Source: Tubiluchus corallicola
Taxonomy: Eukaryota; Animalia; Priapulida
Assembly: GCA_030141605.1 (NCBI GenBank)
Contig: JAQGDQ010001340.1
Coordinates: 1 to 46,099 of the forward strand
Direction of reading: 5' to 3'
Length of the DNA: 46,099 nt
In this document: positions 11,122 to 24,977 of the stretch, in pieces
How the letters are laid out: each line of letters opens with the position of its first letter
Position numbering within the stretch: the first letter of the stretch is position 1
Program-made: the position numbers and the translations under genes
The notes under the pieces: model-generated
The model's input: only the letters and a program-made list of their open reading frames with translations
Database searches by the model: none
Told to the model about the DNA's origin: nothing

Positions 11122-13023
11122 TTCAACACACTAGAGGCCAGGACCCAGCATTCAACATACTGGAGGCCCCGATCCAGCATTCAACATACTGGAGGTCACG
11201 ACCCAGCATTCAACACACTGGAGGCCACGACCCAGCATTCAACATACTGGAGGCCACGACCCAGCATTCAACACACTGGAGGCCACGACCCAGCATTCAA
11301 CACACTGGAGGCCACGACCCAGCATTCAACACACTGGAGGCCACGACCCAGCATTCAACATACTAGAGGCCACGACCCAGCATTCAACATATCCGAGGCC
11401 CCGACCCAGCATTTAACACACTGGAGGCCACGACCCAGTATTCAACGCGCTGGAGGCCACGACCCAGCATTCAACACACTAGAGGCCACGACCCAGCATT
11501 CAACACACTGGAGGCCACGACCCAGCATTCAACGACACTGGAGGCCACGACCCAGCATTCAACACACTGGAGGCAACGACCCAGTATTCAACACGCTGGA
11601 GGCCACGACCCAGCATTCAACACACTAGAGGCCCCGACCCAGCATTCAACACACTGGAGGCCACGACCCAGTATTCAACACACTAGTGGCCACGACCCAG
11701 CATTCAACAGACTAGTGGCCACGACCCAGCATTCAACACACTAGTGGCCACGACCCAGCATTCAACACACTGGAGGCCACGACCCAGCGTTCAACACACT
11801 GGAGGCCGCGACCCAGCATTCAACACACTAGAGGCCACGACCCAGCATTCAACACACTAGAGGCCACGACCCAGCATTCAACACACTGGAGGCCACGACC
11901 CAGCATTCAACACACTGGAGGCCACGACCCAGCATTCAACACACTGGAGGCCACGACCCAGCATTCAACACACTGGAGGCCACGACCCAGCATTCAACAC
12001 ACTAGAGGCCACGACCCAGCATTCAACACACTAGTGGCCACGACCCAGCATTCAACACACTAGAGGCCACGACCCAGCATTCAACACACTAGAGGCCACG
12101 ACCCAGCATTCAACACACTGGAGGCCACGACCCAGCATTCAACAACTAGACACGACCCAGCATTCAACACACTAGAGGCCACGACCCAGCATTCAACACA
12201 CTAGTGGCCACGACCCAGCATTCAACACACTAGTGGCCACGACCCAGCATTCAACACGCTGGAGGCCACGACCCAGCATTCAACACACTAGAGGCCGCGA
12301 CCCAGCATTCAACACACTAGAGGCCACGACCCAGCATTCAACACACTAGAGGCCACGACCCACATTCAACAACTGAGCGACCCGCTTCAACACACTGGGC
12401 CACGACCCAGCATTAACACACTGAGGCCACGACCCAGCATTCAACACACTAGTGGCCACGACCCAGCATTCAACACACTAGTGGCCACGACCCAGCATTC
12501 AACACACTAGAGGCCACGACCCAGCATTCAACACACTAGAGGCCACGACCCAGCATTCAACACACTGGAGGCCACGACCCAGCATTCAACATACTAGAGG
12601 TCACGACCCAGCATTCAACACACTAGGGGCCACGACCCAGCATTGAACACACTAGTGGCCACGACCCAGCATTCAACACACTAGTGGCCACGACCCAGCA
12701 TTCAACACACTAGTGGCCACGACCCAGCATTCAACACACTGGAGGCCACGACCCAGCATTCAACACACTGGAGGCCACGACCAAGCATTCAACACGCTAG
12801 AGGCCACGACCCAGCATTCAACACACTAGAGGCCACGACCCATCATTCAACATATTGGAGGCCATGACCCAGCATTCAACATATTGGAGGCCATGACCCA
12901 GCATTCAACACACTAGAGGCCACGACCCAGCATTCAACATACTAGAGGCCATGACCCAGCATTCAACATATTGGAGGCCACGACCCAGCATTCAACATAT
13001 TGGAGGCCACGACCAAGCATTCA
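11122..13023. repeat. Minisatellite, 29-bp unit, ~65 copies
   Basis: Unit CAACACACT(G/A)G(A/T)GGCCACGACCCAGCATT, head-to-tail with no spacers. Confidence 0.97.
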
Positions 13024-13199
13024 TTGTTGTTGGAACTTTTCAGGAAAAAGAAATACGTTTCTTGGGAAGTTGTGCACAAAAACAACGAGTTAACTCATTT
13101 CACCCACTAGTAACTCATTTTACTTTAGAATTGAAAAGTTAGACGCAACAAAATTTAGCTGTAATCATTTGTCATGAGCCGCATGATTGTCTTTGGCAG

Positions 13200-15700
13200 A
13201 ACTATGAACTATGAAATTTTATTTCACACATAAAACAGAACATACATAAAAAACTTATATATCCAGGCAAAATAATTTTTGACCAAGAACTCCAATTAGC
13301 AGCAAATAAATGGTTACAAGAAAAATGCGCAAAATTAAAAGTGTCGCAAGGCAGCCTTTTCTGGAAATCGTGCAAAAAATGTTCATTCACAAGGTATCTG
13401 TTCACACTAATCCTTCGATGATAGATGGCGCATTTTTGTTGAACACAGCATAATTGATATTAATGACTTTAGCAATGAACACCAAGCAATTAGCTCTAAC
13501 TTTTGTATGAATGATTTGAATTCAACCATCAAAGAGACTCCCATATTTGGTAAAAGCGTTGATTGTGATGGATTTCACCCGTTAATGATATTTTATCTTG
13601 GTTTTGGGCTAAAGCGGATTTTTTACATTTATGTAGCCTTTGTTTGACACAAGATATCTGGGTATGATGCCACTCTAAAGTTATCTTTATTAGAAAAGAA
13701 AATAAGGCTAATTATACAGGTCCCGTGAGTTTCATACCAATAAAATATCGTCTTACTTTGGAAAACTTGCAGAATGGTTAATGTGCTACCTAAAAAATCT
13801 CCAACAACTTAATTGTGTATCTTGTATCGTTTAATCTGGAAACAAATAAGATAATTTTATATAATGTTGCTCAGTTTTACAGCGAAATTTAAACCAAAAT
13901 GATCTAATTAACTTTAACAAAGTTTTACGCAAATTATAAAATCTAATCTCTAGTCTAATTAATCTTATCGTTTTAATAAACAAAGGTTCAAGATTTAAGA
14001 AATTCGTAAATCAACTTACATGGTGATCTTCTATAAGTGTAATTGTGAAATTATAACAACAAATCAATGAATGACGCTAAACTATCTATAACTGCAGTGT
14101 TTGTGAAAGCTCCAATCTACAGGTAAGTGTACAGGTAAAAGACCGGTCACATGGCCTGTTTAAAATGAAAGCAATTTATAACATATAACATACAAGCTTA
14201 AATCAGCACAGCTAATTACAAACCGTCTAAGAAAATTGATGGTCAAAAATGGACTTATCGACAAAGAACAAGAAAGATTCATGCCTGGTCACAATTGCGG
14301 GTGGTACTCAGTGCGTTTAATTTCCAGTATACAAGAAAATCAATTACATGGAATCCTATCTCTGGCTATCTGTTGCGATTTTCAACGTGCGTTCGTCAGC
14401 ATCTGGTTAGACAGTCTTGTTTTTCGGCTTCTTTCTGCTGGTATCCAGGGAAAGATGTTAGGGTTATTCAAATATTTGCTTTATAAAAGAAAATTATATA
14501 TTAAACTTGGAAGTTATACTTCGTGTGAATATGACTGCAAGATTGGGGTTCCTCAGGGTTCGGTTGTCTCACCTTTACTTTTCATTTTCTATGTGTCAGA
14601 TATGTTTAAACAAATATTGACTCTGTTAAGGGTTGATTCTTTCAGATACGCTGATGACGGCATAATCCTTGCATCGGGTTCTAGATATGTACCTAGTTCA
14701 TACAGATGTAGTGAACTTAGGACAGCAGTGCTGTGATTGGCTTCATACCTGCTGTAGAAAATAGAGACAGGTTATTAACTGCTCACCTGGTAAACTGAGG
14801 TTCTACCTTTTGACATGGAAAACCAAAATGTCATTTTGAAAACTGGGAATCAAAGCATTAATTACGTGCACAGCAGTAAGGTGCTAGGTGTTGTTATAGA
14901 CAAACAGCTGTCTTTTGAATTACAAATCAATAACTTCAGGGGGGGGGAAGCATGGTATAGATGGTTACAAATCAAAAGAAAATGTAGCCTCTACAAAGGT
15001 TTTCGTCTCCGTACTGTAATTTTGCTATTTAAATTTAAATACCTCTAATTTTGTATGGAGCACCAGCACGGATGGTGCGCAAACGTAGCCTCTTTGATGA
15101 TCTTATATATGATGTCACGAAAACATGAAAACTGGAACAGCCTGTATTTCACCCGTCTAGTGAAAAATTAGAGTTGATCCGTTGTGTACCACCCCTTTAC
15201 ATTACTTCAAGAGTGTAGTTACAAAATTTATTCTGAAAGTACTATCTGCCTCAAATGATGATCTTGTCAAATTAAATTTGATAAATAGTTTTACAAATGC
15301 TCATCTTAACCATAATTACTTTTCACGTCAATTGCTAGTTTTTCCAGACGAATTATTAATAATCAGTAAAGACAAATTGGCGTAAGATGGATATAGCTTC
15401 TTTACCTTACAAGAAAAATGACTTTGATAAGTATGTGTTGCATTTGTTGACAAATAGGTGTCGCCACAAGTACCATTGTATTAATTCCCATATCAACCGG
15501 ATAAGTTTTTAATACGCCTGTCTTCTTGTTCAAGAGAAAATTAGAAGCGTTGGCTTTCAGCTTATTACCAAAGAAGGGAAATTTTAAGCAATTTTTATTT
15601 TGCTCAAAATTGGGCGCGCTCCTAATAGTACATGTAACTGCTTAACAAGCTCTCATCTATACATTATTCATTATTTGAATGTACATAGGTAGTAGACCAT
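13200..15700 (+). mobile_element. Degenerate non-LTR retrotransposon RT region (Jockey/I-like), interrupted by unrelated sequence at ~13775-14215
   Basis: Early RT motifs near 13510-13770 (KSVDCDGFHPLM; KVIFIRKENKANY). Then DFQRAF, GVPQGSVVSPLLFIFYVSD, YADD (14236-14736) and KVLGVVIDKQLSF (14815-15048). Stops and frameshifts throughout; outer limits approximate. Confidence 0.85.
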
Positions 15701-15929
15701 ATCAAAAGAAATGATTTTATTAGATTTAGATTTAGATTTATTTATTCATCCATTTAGCACACTTCAAAAATGCAACTTATACAATTACACATTAACAATG
15801 CATTGCAGTGCTACGAGCGTGGGAGAAGAAATTAACTTATCAGCTATGCTCAACATAGATAAGACTTAACTAATTACATAAACAACAACAAAAATACTTT
15901 AAAGGAGCGAAGAAATGGATGCGAGAAAA

Positions 15930-16050
15930 CGATAATGACAATGTTGATGATGATGATGATGATAGTGATGACAACGACGGTAGCATTAATGCTGATGACA
16001 ATGGTGGTGGTGATGACAATGATAATGATTTGATGTTAATGGTGATGATG
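15930..16050. repeat. Degenerate (GAT)n microsatellite
   Basis: Visible directly; source of the poly-Asp ORF. Confidence 0.85.
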
Positions 16051-18129
16051 CGCCAAGTTAGCTATTTTTGCGGTGTTATGAAAATTGAATTAAAATATTG
16101 AACTATAACTATAAAAAATATAACTATGTGTTATTTTTAATTACAGAAAATTAATTTGGCCCTCGCTAGTCTGGTTTCGGTTTCACTAGTCTATGTAGTA
16201 CCAATACAGGTACATTTCTGTATGTTTGCTTGTTTATTTTCGTGGTACATTTTTTGAGTCAAAAGAATCAGATGAATAAGTTTAGGATTGTTCATATTTT
16301 GGCAGACACCTGATTCTTACTGAGTTCATGCTAGTTTTTTTATAGACGTCAAATGCATCAAAACGGCACGTGTGCCATTTTTCCTGTGTTATTTTTATCT
16401 ACTTTTCCATTTGTGCAATTTTTTCCTGTGCCATTTTACCGAGTGATTTTTTTCCGGTGACATTTTACATACTTTTCCTTTGTACCATTTCTACCGCGTA
16501 TCATTCTCTGTAATTCCTGATAGTTTCTCGCGATTTGATCGATAACACCATCATCGAGACGATTAACAATTTGACGTTCCATATGAGCAGAGTGTCGAAG
16601 TCCCGAGGAAATGCTTTAGGAATGTTTTGCAAGCGCTTAATAGATGGCAACCTTATTCGCAGTTGCGTGCGCATTGCTGGAGTAGACAAGAAGAAAATAC
16701 TTAAAACTGTGATTTTGCCCAGAAAACATGGATGTTTTGCACTCATTTATTGCAAGACACAGATAGTCGGTCAACATAAGTCAATGCATGGCACGAAAGG
16801 GTAACAATTTACGTTGCATCGCTGACGTTTATTCGATAAATCTCAATTTTTCGCCCCTTACAAATTACATTTAATTCAGTCTTGATTATTTTTATTAACG
16901 AGCTGTAGGTTTGTTGTTTTTCACTTTTGAAAAGAACATTGATAGGAAACTGCAGTGTGGCGAAAAGTGATTAACGTAATTTTGTAACGATAAAGGGCAA
17001 AATTATAATTTGCTAACATGCAGGTGGCTGGTGCTGAAACAGCTGACACGTATAAACTGGTAATAATTAGTGCTGTACTGGTAAATTTGGGATTGGATAT
17101 ACTGTCCAAATCCAGAAGAGTCTAATTTAGTGAGAGTTGGAAGCCGAAGGAGGCAGCACCAATGCCACAACCCGAAGTTGTTGACTAACTATATAGTAGT
17201 AAGCCTATGTAAGGTAGTATTGGTAGCAGTAGTAGTAGTAGTAAAAAATTTATCCTTTAAAATAAAGAGGCAGAATCAAAATTTTGTGGTGGTGACCGTT
17301 ATTAAGAAACCCATTGCTCAGCTGCAGTACCAAATGACAAAGTTCTCCGATCTGAACAGAAGAAGATTTATATAGATCAACTAAATTTAAATCCTGCCAG
17401 AAAAACTTAAACGGAACATTGCAAAATTTTAAGCTGTAGGAAACTCATTTAAGGGCTTTGCTGTGATGGTTAAAAATCAGAGGATCAATTATCTGAAGGT
17501 AGATAAGGCATTTGGCTGCTGCTTTTGTGTGGTGTTTGTGCTTCGTCAGAATGCCAAGATTCAGTATTTTGTGGATCCGTGTTCTGCATGTGTTACTGCT
17601 ATTTATCTGTTGTGGAGATCGCTGACGTCAAGTAGAATTGCATAGAACATCGTAGAATGTTCCGTCGGAATGAACGCCTTAGTGTCTGGATTGTTCTTGA
17701 ACATTTGTTCGAGAAGTTTCTGCAGTGCGCTATATAAGGCGAAGCAGGCTGCCGACACGGGATCGCACATCGCACACAGATCTAACACGGCCTTATACTT
17801 ATTCTTGTATACTTACTTAAACGTTTTCCAGATTTTCACGTTTAGTATAATCATTTCTTGTTCCTTCATCTTTGTGTTATAGAATTCTCGCTGAATAAAG
17901 CAGTTATATTTAACGGCGTGTTTTCTGGCTTTCTCTAAGAGCCTTCCGAGAGAAACAAAACACAACATTATCTTTGTAAGTCGTCGAAACAAAAACAATG
18001 GATGCTTCGACGTTGTTGCAAAAATTGAGTGAAACAACTGTGCCAAGCTGCTTAAATTCCTATATTGTTTAAGCATGTCCTGCTTAAGTAAATTTATTTA
18101 AAATTGTTTGCATGGATGTGAAAGTTTGA

Positions 18130-18804
18130 TTGCCGCATATATTTCTGAAATCAGAGTTTGACGTATCTTTGTTACTCTAATTATTACATTGCTGCATGTA
18201 TTACTGAAATCAGAGTTTGACGTATCTTTGTTACTCTAATTGTTACACTGCTGCATGTATTACTGAAATCAGAGTTTGACGTATCTTTGTTACTCTAATT
18301 CTTACATTGCTGCATGTATTACTGAAATCAGAGTTTGACGTATCTTTGTTACTCTAATTATTACATTGCTGCATGTATTACCGAAATCAGAGTTTGACGT
18401 ATCTTTGTTACTCTAATTCTTACATTGCTGCATGTATTACCGAAATCAGAGTTTGACGTATCTTTGTTACTCTAATTCTTACATTGCTGCATGTATTACC
18501 GAAATCAGAGTTTGACGTATCTTTGTTACTCTAATTGTTACATTGCTGCATGTATTACCGAAATCAGAGTTTGACGTATCTTTGTTACTCTAATTGTTAC
18601 ATTGCTGCATGTATTACCGAAATCAGAGTTTGACGTATCTTTGTTACTCTAATTGTTACACTGCTGCATGTATTACCGAAATCAGAGTTTGACGTATCTT
18701 TGTTACTCTGATTGTTACATTGCTGCATGTATTACCGAAATCAGAGTTTGACGTATCTTTGTTACTCTAATTGTTGCATTGCTGCATGTATTACTGAAAT
18801 CAGA
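18130..18804. repeat. Minisatellite, 59-bp unit, ~11 copies
   Basis: Unit C(T/C)GAAATCAGAGTTTGACGTATCTTTGTTACTCTAATTNTTACATTGCTGCATGTATTA; ends about 28 bp before the acceptor of the first PAN3 coding exon. Confidence 0.97.
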
Positions 18805-18846
18805 AATAAAGCAACAACTATTTGTATTGCAGGGGCAGAGGTGAAT

Positions 18847-18912
18847 ATGTTTCCTACGATTGCCGAAGCGAACGGTTTACCAGCTGAATCAAAACTTCAA
18901 GCTTATTTACCC
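18847..18912 (+). CDS. PAN3: PAN3 coding exon 1 (exon 18833-18912, probable ATG at 18847): MFPTIAEANGLPAESKLQAYLP
   Basis: tttgtattgcag| acceptor and |gtaagt donor. NGLPAESKL matches the insect PAN3 N-terminal motif as I recall it (NGIPSESKL). Phase 0 joins exon 2. The frame is open to the acceptor, so an upstream coding exon is not excluded. Confidence 0.75.
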
Positions 18913-21469
18913 GTAAGTTACATTTGATTACTTTTCACTTTTAATAAGAAGTGTATTGCATAAATGCAACTGTGGAAACTGTAGCATAACATTCTAGCTT
19001 CAATGGCATGTGATGACCAGATGAGATAAAAAAGTTTTGAGATTTGCTGTTGTGAACCGACTGAGTATAATGGGTACTGTACAGCGTAGACAGCAGGAAT
19101 GAACACCATTTATTGTCGACAGAATGGCAACGTTCGGCTGTAACCTATTTTTATGTTTATATGAGCTTTAACACTGAACCTTAGAGAGCAAACATCAAAT
19201 GTTGTGATTGTTTCAAACTCGGGGAAATGGTGTATGCTATGCGTAAGGTTTCAGTGAGCCTTTTGGAAAGACGTCAGGCCCACGAGTGTGCCAGGTGACG
19301 TATGTGGAGTGAAATTCAAACACAAGGGGGCATAACATCACTGGAGGACAAAGAGATATTGGGGAGATATAACTGGAGGACAACCTCGGAAAATATCAGT
19401 AAAATTGAGTGACTTTTGCATTTGAATCGTCAGGCGGGAAATGGTTTATATCGTTAAGGCGTCATTTTGATCAGTTCAAGTAATGTTTATGTGTATCAGG
19501 TGGCACAAAAAAATTTGCGGAAGTTTTTATCACGATATGTTAAGAAGAAATTAATGGATTCACGTGAAAATTACTACTGATGTTACAGATGCTTATGTAT
19601 AAACATCAAAATCTTAGAGTATTCCCTTAAATATTTCAGTGTGTCTACCATTTTAGTGCAGACTAGACGAAGTCATTTCTTACAACAGCTGACACAGTTT
19701 CTCACTTCTTTAAGACGTATTTGGTCCCATCATTTAGCAGTTTTTTCCTTTAGTTTCTCTCTACGTCAGGCTGTTTGTTGTGAATCTGGATAATGGCTGT
19801 AACTAGTTCATAAGTTTCATTTTTTCTTGACAAGTAATCTTTCTCAGTTCTTTACTTTCTGTGTTGAAAACCGCCCCATTTCTTCGAGCCCATGTCTCAA
19901 GAGTTTCAAGAGTTTATTCATTTCCACATTGCATCTTACAATTGTTAAAATACACATAATTATCCATTTAGGTTAATATAAATATAAATAAATGCAATAT
20001 TATCGAGAAAATACAAAGTGCAGCATATACATGTGCAAATTACATTACAGAATAATTTTGATGCATACAGTTTGGGCCTAAAAGCATAGCTTGACAGGCC
20101 AAACTGTACGTGGAGATCTTAAAAAAAAATGTCGAAAGCGTAACCGAGAAAGCCGTTGTTTTTCTATGGCTAACTTTCGGGCTAGGATTGCCATTTTGTA
20201 TGACGCTAATTATTGGATTGGAGGCTAAAAAGTATTGCGCCAAATTAGCGTATTAACAGCAGAGTAGTGTTGCCGCTTAGCCGTAATGTTCATACCATGC
20301 AAAAAGAGACGTATAATAATTATGCAATTATTTAGTAATGCGAAACAAAAAATTAACAAAACAAAGAGTGAACAAATGTGCATTGAAAGAAATGTAAAAC
20401 ATTACTGCTAACCAGTAGAAAATAAACAAACTTTTATTTCAACTGATTTTAATATTCCTCGATTCAGCTTTAAACTTTCACAAAGCTTTTGAGCTCATGA
20501 GGTAAGACCCATGTGGTGTATTTTTAATTATTATTATTATGAGTTTATTTCATATAAAAATATACAGTTTACAAAGATAAAGATGTTAGTAAAACAGGTA
20601 ATGCGATATTAGTAAAGTAACATATCTACAGACATTCAACTTTATAATAACCATACATTGTAGTTCCCTTGTAATTATATTACATTATACAGTGTTGTAA
20701 AGAGCTATAATAGATATCTTAAAACATAATCTTTAAATGAGTTCTTAACCTTTAATTTTACATTTTCGTTTAGATCTACAGTACAACCATATTCAAATCT
20801 TAAATTTACTTGACTGTTATTTACATAGTAGTATAGCTTTGGAATTCTCAATGTGCAAGAGTTTAATTGCTGTAATGTTTTAATGTTTAGCCTAGCTAAG
20901 CTGTTTCGGCGTAGAAAGCTGCATACTAAGTTACAATCTAACCTTGTTATGCAAGTTTACACAACCGTAATATTTACTATAGATCTACTATGTTTTATCA
21001 CAAACACACACGTGTAATCAGGCAATCAATTTCCACTTGAACTTCTACCTGTATGAAACTTAGCTTACACAGGAACGTGTTTTACCGGGGCAGAAGTTTT
21101 TCGTAAGCGTAAAAAATGTTAAATCTTAGAGTTCCGCTTATCAGACTTTTGACTTGATTTTAATAAACGGTTGCAGTGACAATTAAACTTAACAGTGAAT
21201 GTGTAGTTTTAATTTCTGAGTCTGGGGAATTATGAATTATGAATTTATTCCACAGCAACTCAAACATACATATAAATTGATATAACATTGAAAAAAAATG
21301 AACTATGCGAGTTACTGTGAGGAGAAGGAAGGAGCATTGAGCTTTCGAGTCCTCCTCCAGATAAGTGAAACAATTGACAATTAACATTACATTTTCATTA
21401 GTTATAACGCACATTAGAACAAAATAAGTTTTGTTAGTAACTTAAGATCAGGATGAGTAAAATTGTGAG

Positions 21470-21784
21470 TTAATTATACCGTTGTAGTAGGTAATTCTTT
21501 GATGCTTTTTTAAATTGATAAAGATTAAGAGTTTTCATTTCCCGCGAAATTGATGACCCTATTTTAATAGCATTATATTTTGATGACTGTTTCGTTATAT
21601 TTGTTTTTGGAAGAGGGAGTACATAGTTTTCGACTGAATATCTTGTGTAATGATCATGTTGATTTGAAACTGGACTAAAGTATGACTGAAAAGCTGGTGG
21701 AAGTAGTGAATTATGATACTGATACATGAAATGAAGAAAATACATGTCATATATTTCTTTCACTTTAAAAGTTTTAACAGACAA
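21470..21784 (-). mobile_element. LINE ORF2 C-terminal fragment (L2/Crack-like)
   Basis: FMYQYHNSLLPPAFQSYF...HDHYTR...FKKASKNYLL is characteristic of this ORF2 tail. Confidence 0.75.
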
Positions 21785-21979
21785 GTAATTTATATTTAGT
21801 TTATGCCCTCATGCTACATCCATTATCCATGCACAGTTTAAGTTTAAGCCAGTTATACCTGAACTACTTGAAGGAGCCTTGAAATTTTTGGCAGGGGGTA
21901 ATTTTGGGAGAAGATCAAAACGGCTGCGGTTAAAGGTCGTCACGGGAGTTTAAATTTACTGTTTTATACAGTGTTACTG

Positions 21980-22603
21980 TTGACGCAAGCCCTGTATACA
22001 AAAAGGTAGTGGGTAAGTGGTATAAAATTTCGAGACGGATTTTTGAAGCTTTGTGTAAGTGGAGGGTTTTCTTGTGCTTTGAGTGACAACTTTTGAATGG
22101 AGACTTGCATTGATTTTTCCTTCTTCTTCCACAATTATTTTGTTTAACAAGAAACGATTCTTAAAGTGAGTTATCAATGTGATATTTAACTGTTGGAAAT
22201 TGCTACTCGGATTTGGTGATTGTTGATACTCACGATTGTCTGTGTTAGATCACATGCAAGTTTTGTAATGTCAAATGTATAAATAGTGTAAATGTAATGA
22301 GTGAAATTTATGTAATGTAAAGCATGTTTCTGTTAATTGTGTCATGTCAAATGTATATATAGTGTAAAATATGTCATGTAAAATTTAATGTACTTTTGTA
22401 ATATTGTTTTGTAAAAATATGTTAATATTGTGTTTGTAAATATGTTCATTTATTGTATATAATTAGGCCTTAGTTTTGCACTTTAGTTTTTTTAGTCTGC
22501 ACTGGACGCATTTGTCTTGAACAGTGTTGTTTATTTTAACATTACACTGAGGATTACTCAATTTTATTATAATGAGTGAACCATTTTAATGACAAATCAA
22601 GAA

Positions 22604-22646
<43 letters not shown>
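21980..22646 (+). mobile_element. Probable decayed LINE 3' end, followed by (TA)n
   Basis: Ends CATTTTAATGACAAAT like the LINE 3' UTR near 5905-5920; upstream coding remnant is weak. Confidence 0.4.
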
Positions 22647-22649
<3 letters not shown>

Positions 22650-22675
22650 TATTATTTTCTATTTTTCCCCGCTAG

Positions 22676-22804
22676 AGGGCATCGGTTGCTGCCTCAGTAG
22701 CTAGTTACTACGGACCAGAGAATGCAAAGATGTATCCCGCCGTACCGGCAAGCGCGGCTGGACTAGTCACGAGTTTCGCAAGCATGAACATGGGCCCAAA
22801 ACAG
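22676..22804 (+). CDS. PAN3: PAN3 coding exon 2: RASVAASVASYYGPENAKMYPAVPASAAGLVTSFASMNMGPKQ
   Basis: Pyrimidine tract plus tag|, CAG|gtattc donor; 129 bp, open, phase 0-0. Confidence 0.75.
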
Positions 22805-22854
22805 GTATTCTTGTGTTGTATTCTTGATAGCCAGTAGATGGCTCTGGAAACCAA

Positions 22855-23555
22855 GTAGATGATAGAGAAGCCATGGGATACCCGTGTAGATGATAGAGAA
22901 GCCATAGGAAACCGAGTATATGATAGAGAAGCCATAGGAAACCTTGTAGATGATAGAGAAGCCATAAGAAACCGTGTAGATGATAGAGAAGCCATAGGAA
23001 ACCTTGTAGATGATAGAGAAGCCATAGGAAACCGTGTAGATGATAGAGAAGCCATAGGAAACCTTGTAGATGATAGAGAAGCCATAAGAAACCGTGTAGA
23101 TGATAGAGAAGCCATAGGAAACCGTGTAGATGATAGAGAAGCCATAGGAAACCGTGTAGATGATAGAGAAGCCATAGGAAACCGTGTAGATGATAGAGAA
23201 GCCATAGGAAACCTTGTAGATGATAGAGAAGCCATAAGAAACCGTGTAGATGATAGAGAAGCCATAGGAAACCGAGTAGATGATAGAGAAGCCATGGGAA
23301 ACCGTGTAGATGATAGAGAAGCCATGGGAAACCGTGTAGATGATAGAGAAGCCATAGGAAACCGTGTAGATGATAGAGAAGCCATGGGAAACCGTGTAGA
23401 TGATAGAGAAGCCATGGGAAACCGTGTAGATGGTAGAGAAGCCATGGGAAACCGTGTAGATGATAGAGAAGCCATGGGAAACCGTGTAGATGATAGAGAA
23501 GCCATGGGAAACCGTGTAGATGATAGAGAAGCCATGGGAAACCGTGTAGATGATA
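22855..23555. repeat. Minisatellite, 30-bp unit, ~23 copies
   Basis: Unit GTAGATGATAGAGAAGCCAT(A/G)GGAAACC(G/T)T; intronic. Confidence 0.97.
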
Positions 23556-23558
23556 CTT

Positions 23559-23997
23559 CAGGCAGTTTGATCAAGGAGCCAAGTACAGAAAGGCCTAATA
23601 ACGATTTTTTTGCATCCGACCTGCGTACATCATTACTACTGCACTCAAGAAACTATTTTAGAAGTTATTAAAATTTATATTACAAACCATATATTTCTAC
23701 TTTCAGGACAGATAGTGGTAATTTCATTACAATGCATATTAGTAATGTGTATCACACAGTCTGTGTATTACAGTGACATTAAGCTACAACCGTCTTGTAA
23801 GGGTTAATGGCATCCGGTCTAGTAGAAAAAACTATCAGCACTATCTTTGGGATCGTGGCACGGACTTCAGCTGGATACACTCAATCAATCGCCCGGGCCG
23901 CACGCACTTTCATTAGGTTGACAAATCTCTTCGCGGACCGCACAAATTCTCTCGGCGGGCCGCAAGTGGCCCGCGGGCCGCAATTTGCACACCCCTG
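23559..23997 (-). mobile_element. hAT (Charlie/Buster-like) MITE family C, inverted copy missing one end
   Basis: Reverse-complement homologue of 29588-30002; ends TTTGCACACCCCTG; the other end abuts the 30-bp array. Confidence 0.8.
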
Positions 23998-24379
23998 CTC
24001 TATTGTAACATGAATTTATCTGTTAATCCAGTTCTTTGCTCATTGGCTGTGTTAAATAACTAACTAATTAAATAACTAGTATGAGTATACTCCGCAGAAA
24101 CCATATTAGAGCACACGTGAGTCACCATACTTTATGACCTGTCGACATAATAGTGTACATTCTGTTCTGGACTTTGCATAATGTATATGTAATTGAAGGT
24201 TTAGCAGTACTTTTCTGTACTTTTACCCATATTTTTATGGATTATTGCTACACATTCAGTGCAAACGGTATGTAGGAAGCTCCTCCAGTGATGCGAGCTG
24301 TATGTGGCCGCGGAAACTGAGTTGTTCAAAGGCCGAGTTTGCGAAAAATTGAGGTTAAAAATCCATCAATTTCGCTTTG

Positions 24380-24582
24380 ATCATAAGATGCCTTATATGC
24401 GAGGTAATTTACCTGGTTTTCTATTACCCGGGACCTGAAGATATTGTCCCTTATAACCGAAAGTCCCTTATGTCCGAGTACCTTATATACGAAGATTTTT
24501 ACATAGGAGAAACGTTACGAAAACATCGGGATCTGTGTTAGCAGTCTCTTGTAAGCGAGTAGCTTATACCCGAGGTTGACTG
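24380..24582. mobile_element. pogo/Tigger-like transposon end
   Basis: Ends CGAGGTTGACTG|TA with repeated subterminal CTTAT/CTTGT...CGA(G/A) motifs. Confidence 0.6.
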
Positions 24583-24806
24583 TAACTACATAATGTATAT
24601 ACCAATGTAAATGGTACTACTTACCCTATTATATTACATGTAACGCAGTCATATACCGCAAACACACACACACACACGTATATATATATATATATGTATA
24701 TGTGTGTATGTAGATTTTTTTTACTTGATCTTGAACTAATATTTAGTCATTTAATTATATTATACTAACTTTCTTATATTTTTATTGGAGCTATATTGTT
24801 CTCTAG

Positions 24807-24957
24807 GGTGTTCCTGTTAACCAAGTCACAAATGCCAATGATGTGGGACCTCGACCTCCGGTACCCCTGGGAATGACACACAGCTCATCCACACCCTCGT
24901 TCTCAAATTTCATTGCTGCAAGCAACTCGGCATCATTCGGTGCTTCCTGGGGACAAG
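24807..24957 (+). CDS. PAN3: PAN3 coding exon 3: GVPVNQVTNANDVGPRPPVPLGMTHSSSTPSFSNFIAASNSASFGASWGQ
   Basis: ttctctag| and AAG|gttag; 151 bp, open, phase 0-1. Confidence 0.75.
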
Positions 24958-24977
24958 GTTAGAAGCTGTGTATTGTT

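Noticed and set aside
11122-13023. CRISPR array (also considered for the 23-, 30- and 59-bp arrays)
   Set aside because: Head-to-tail units with no unique spacers, no cas genes, and a eukaryotic intron-containing context.
15919-16101. Acidic poly-Asp protein
   Set aside because: Translation of a (GAT)n microsatellite.
16370-16500. Mutator/Foldback-type terminal repeats (TGCCATTTT variants)
   Set aside because: Only one end visible, with no partner TIR or TSD.
17603-18076. hAT transposase remnant (FYAILLDVSD) or first coding exon of the glycosyltransferase
   Set aside because: Single weak motif; the donor near 17818 is out of phase with the glycosyltransferase frame.
22708-23671. Long ORFs of 288 aa (-) and 270 aa (+) with decapeptide repeats
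   Set aside because: By-products of a stop-free 30-bp unit inside PAN3 intron 2.
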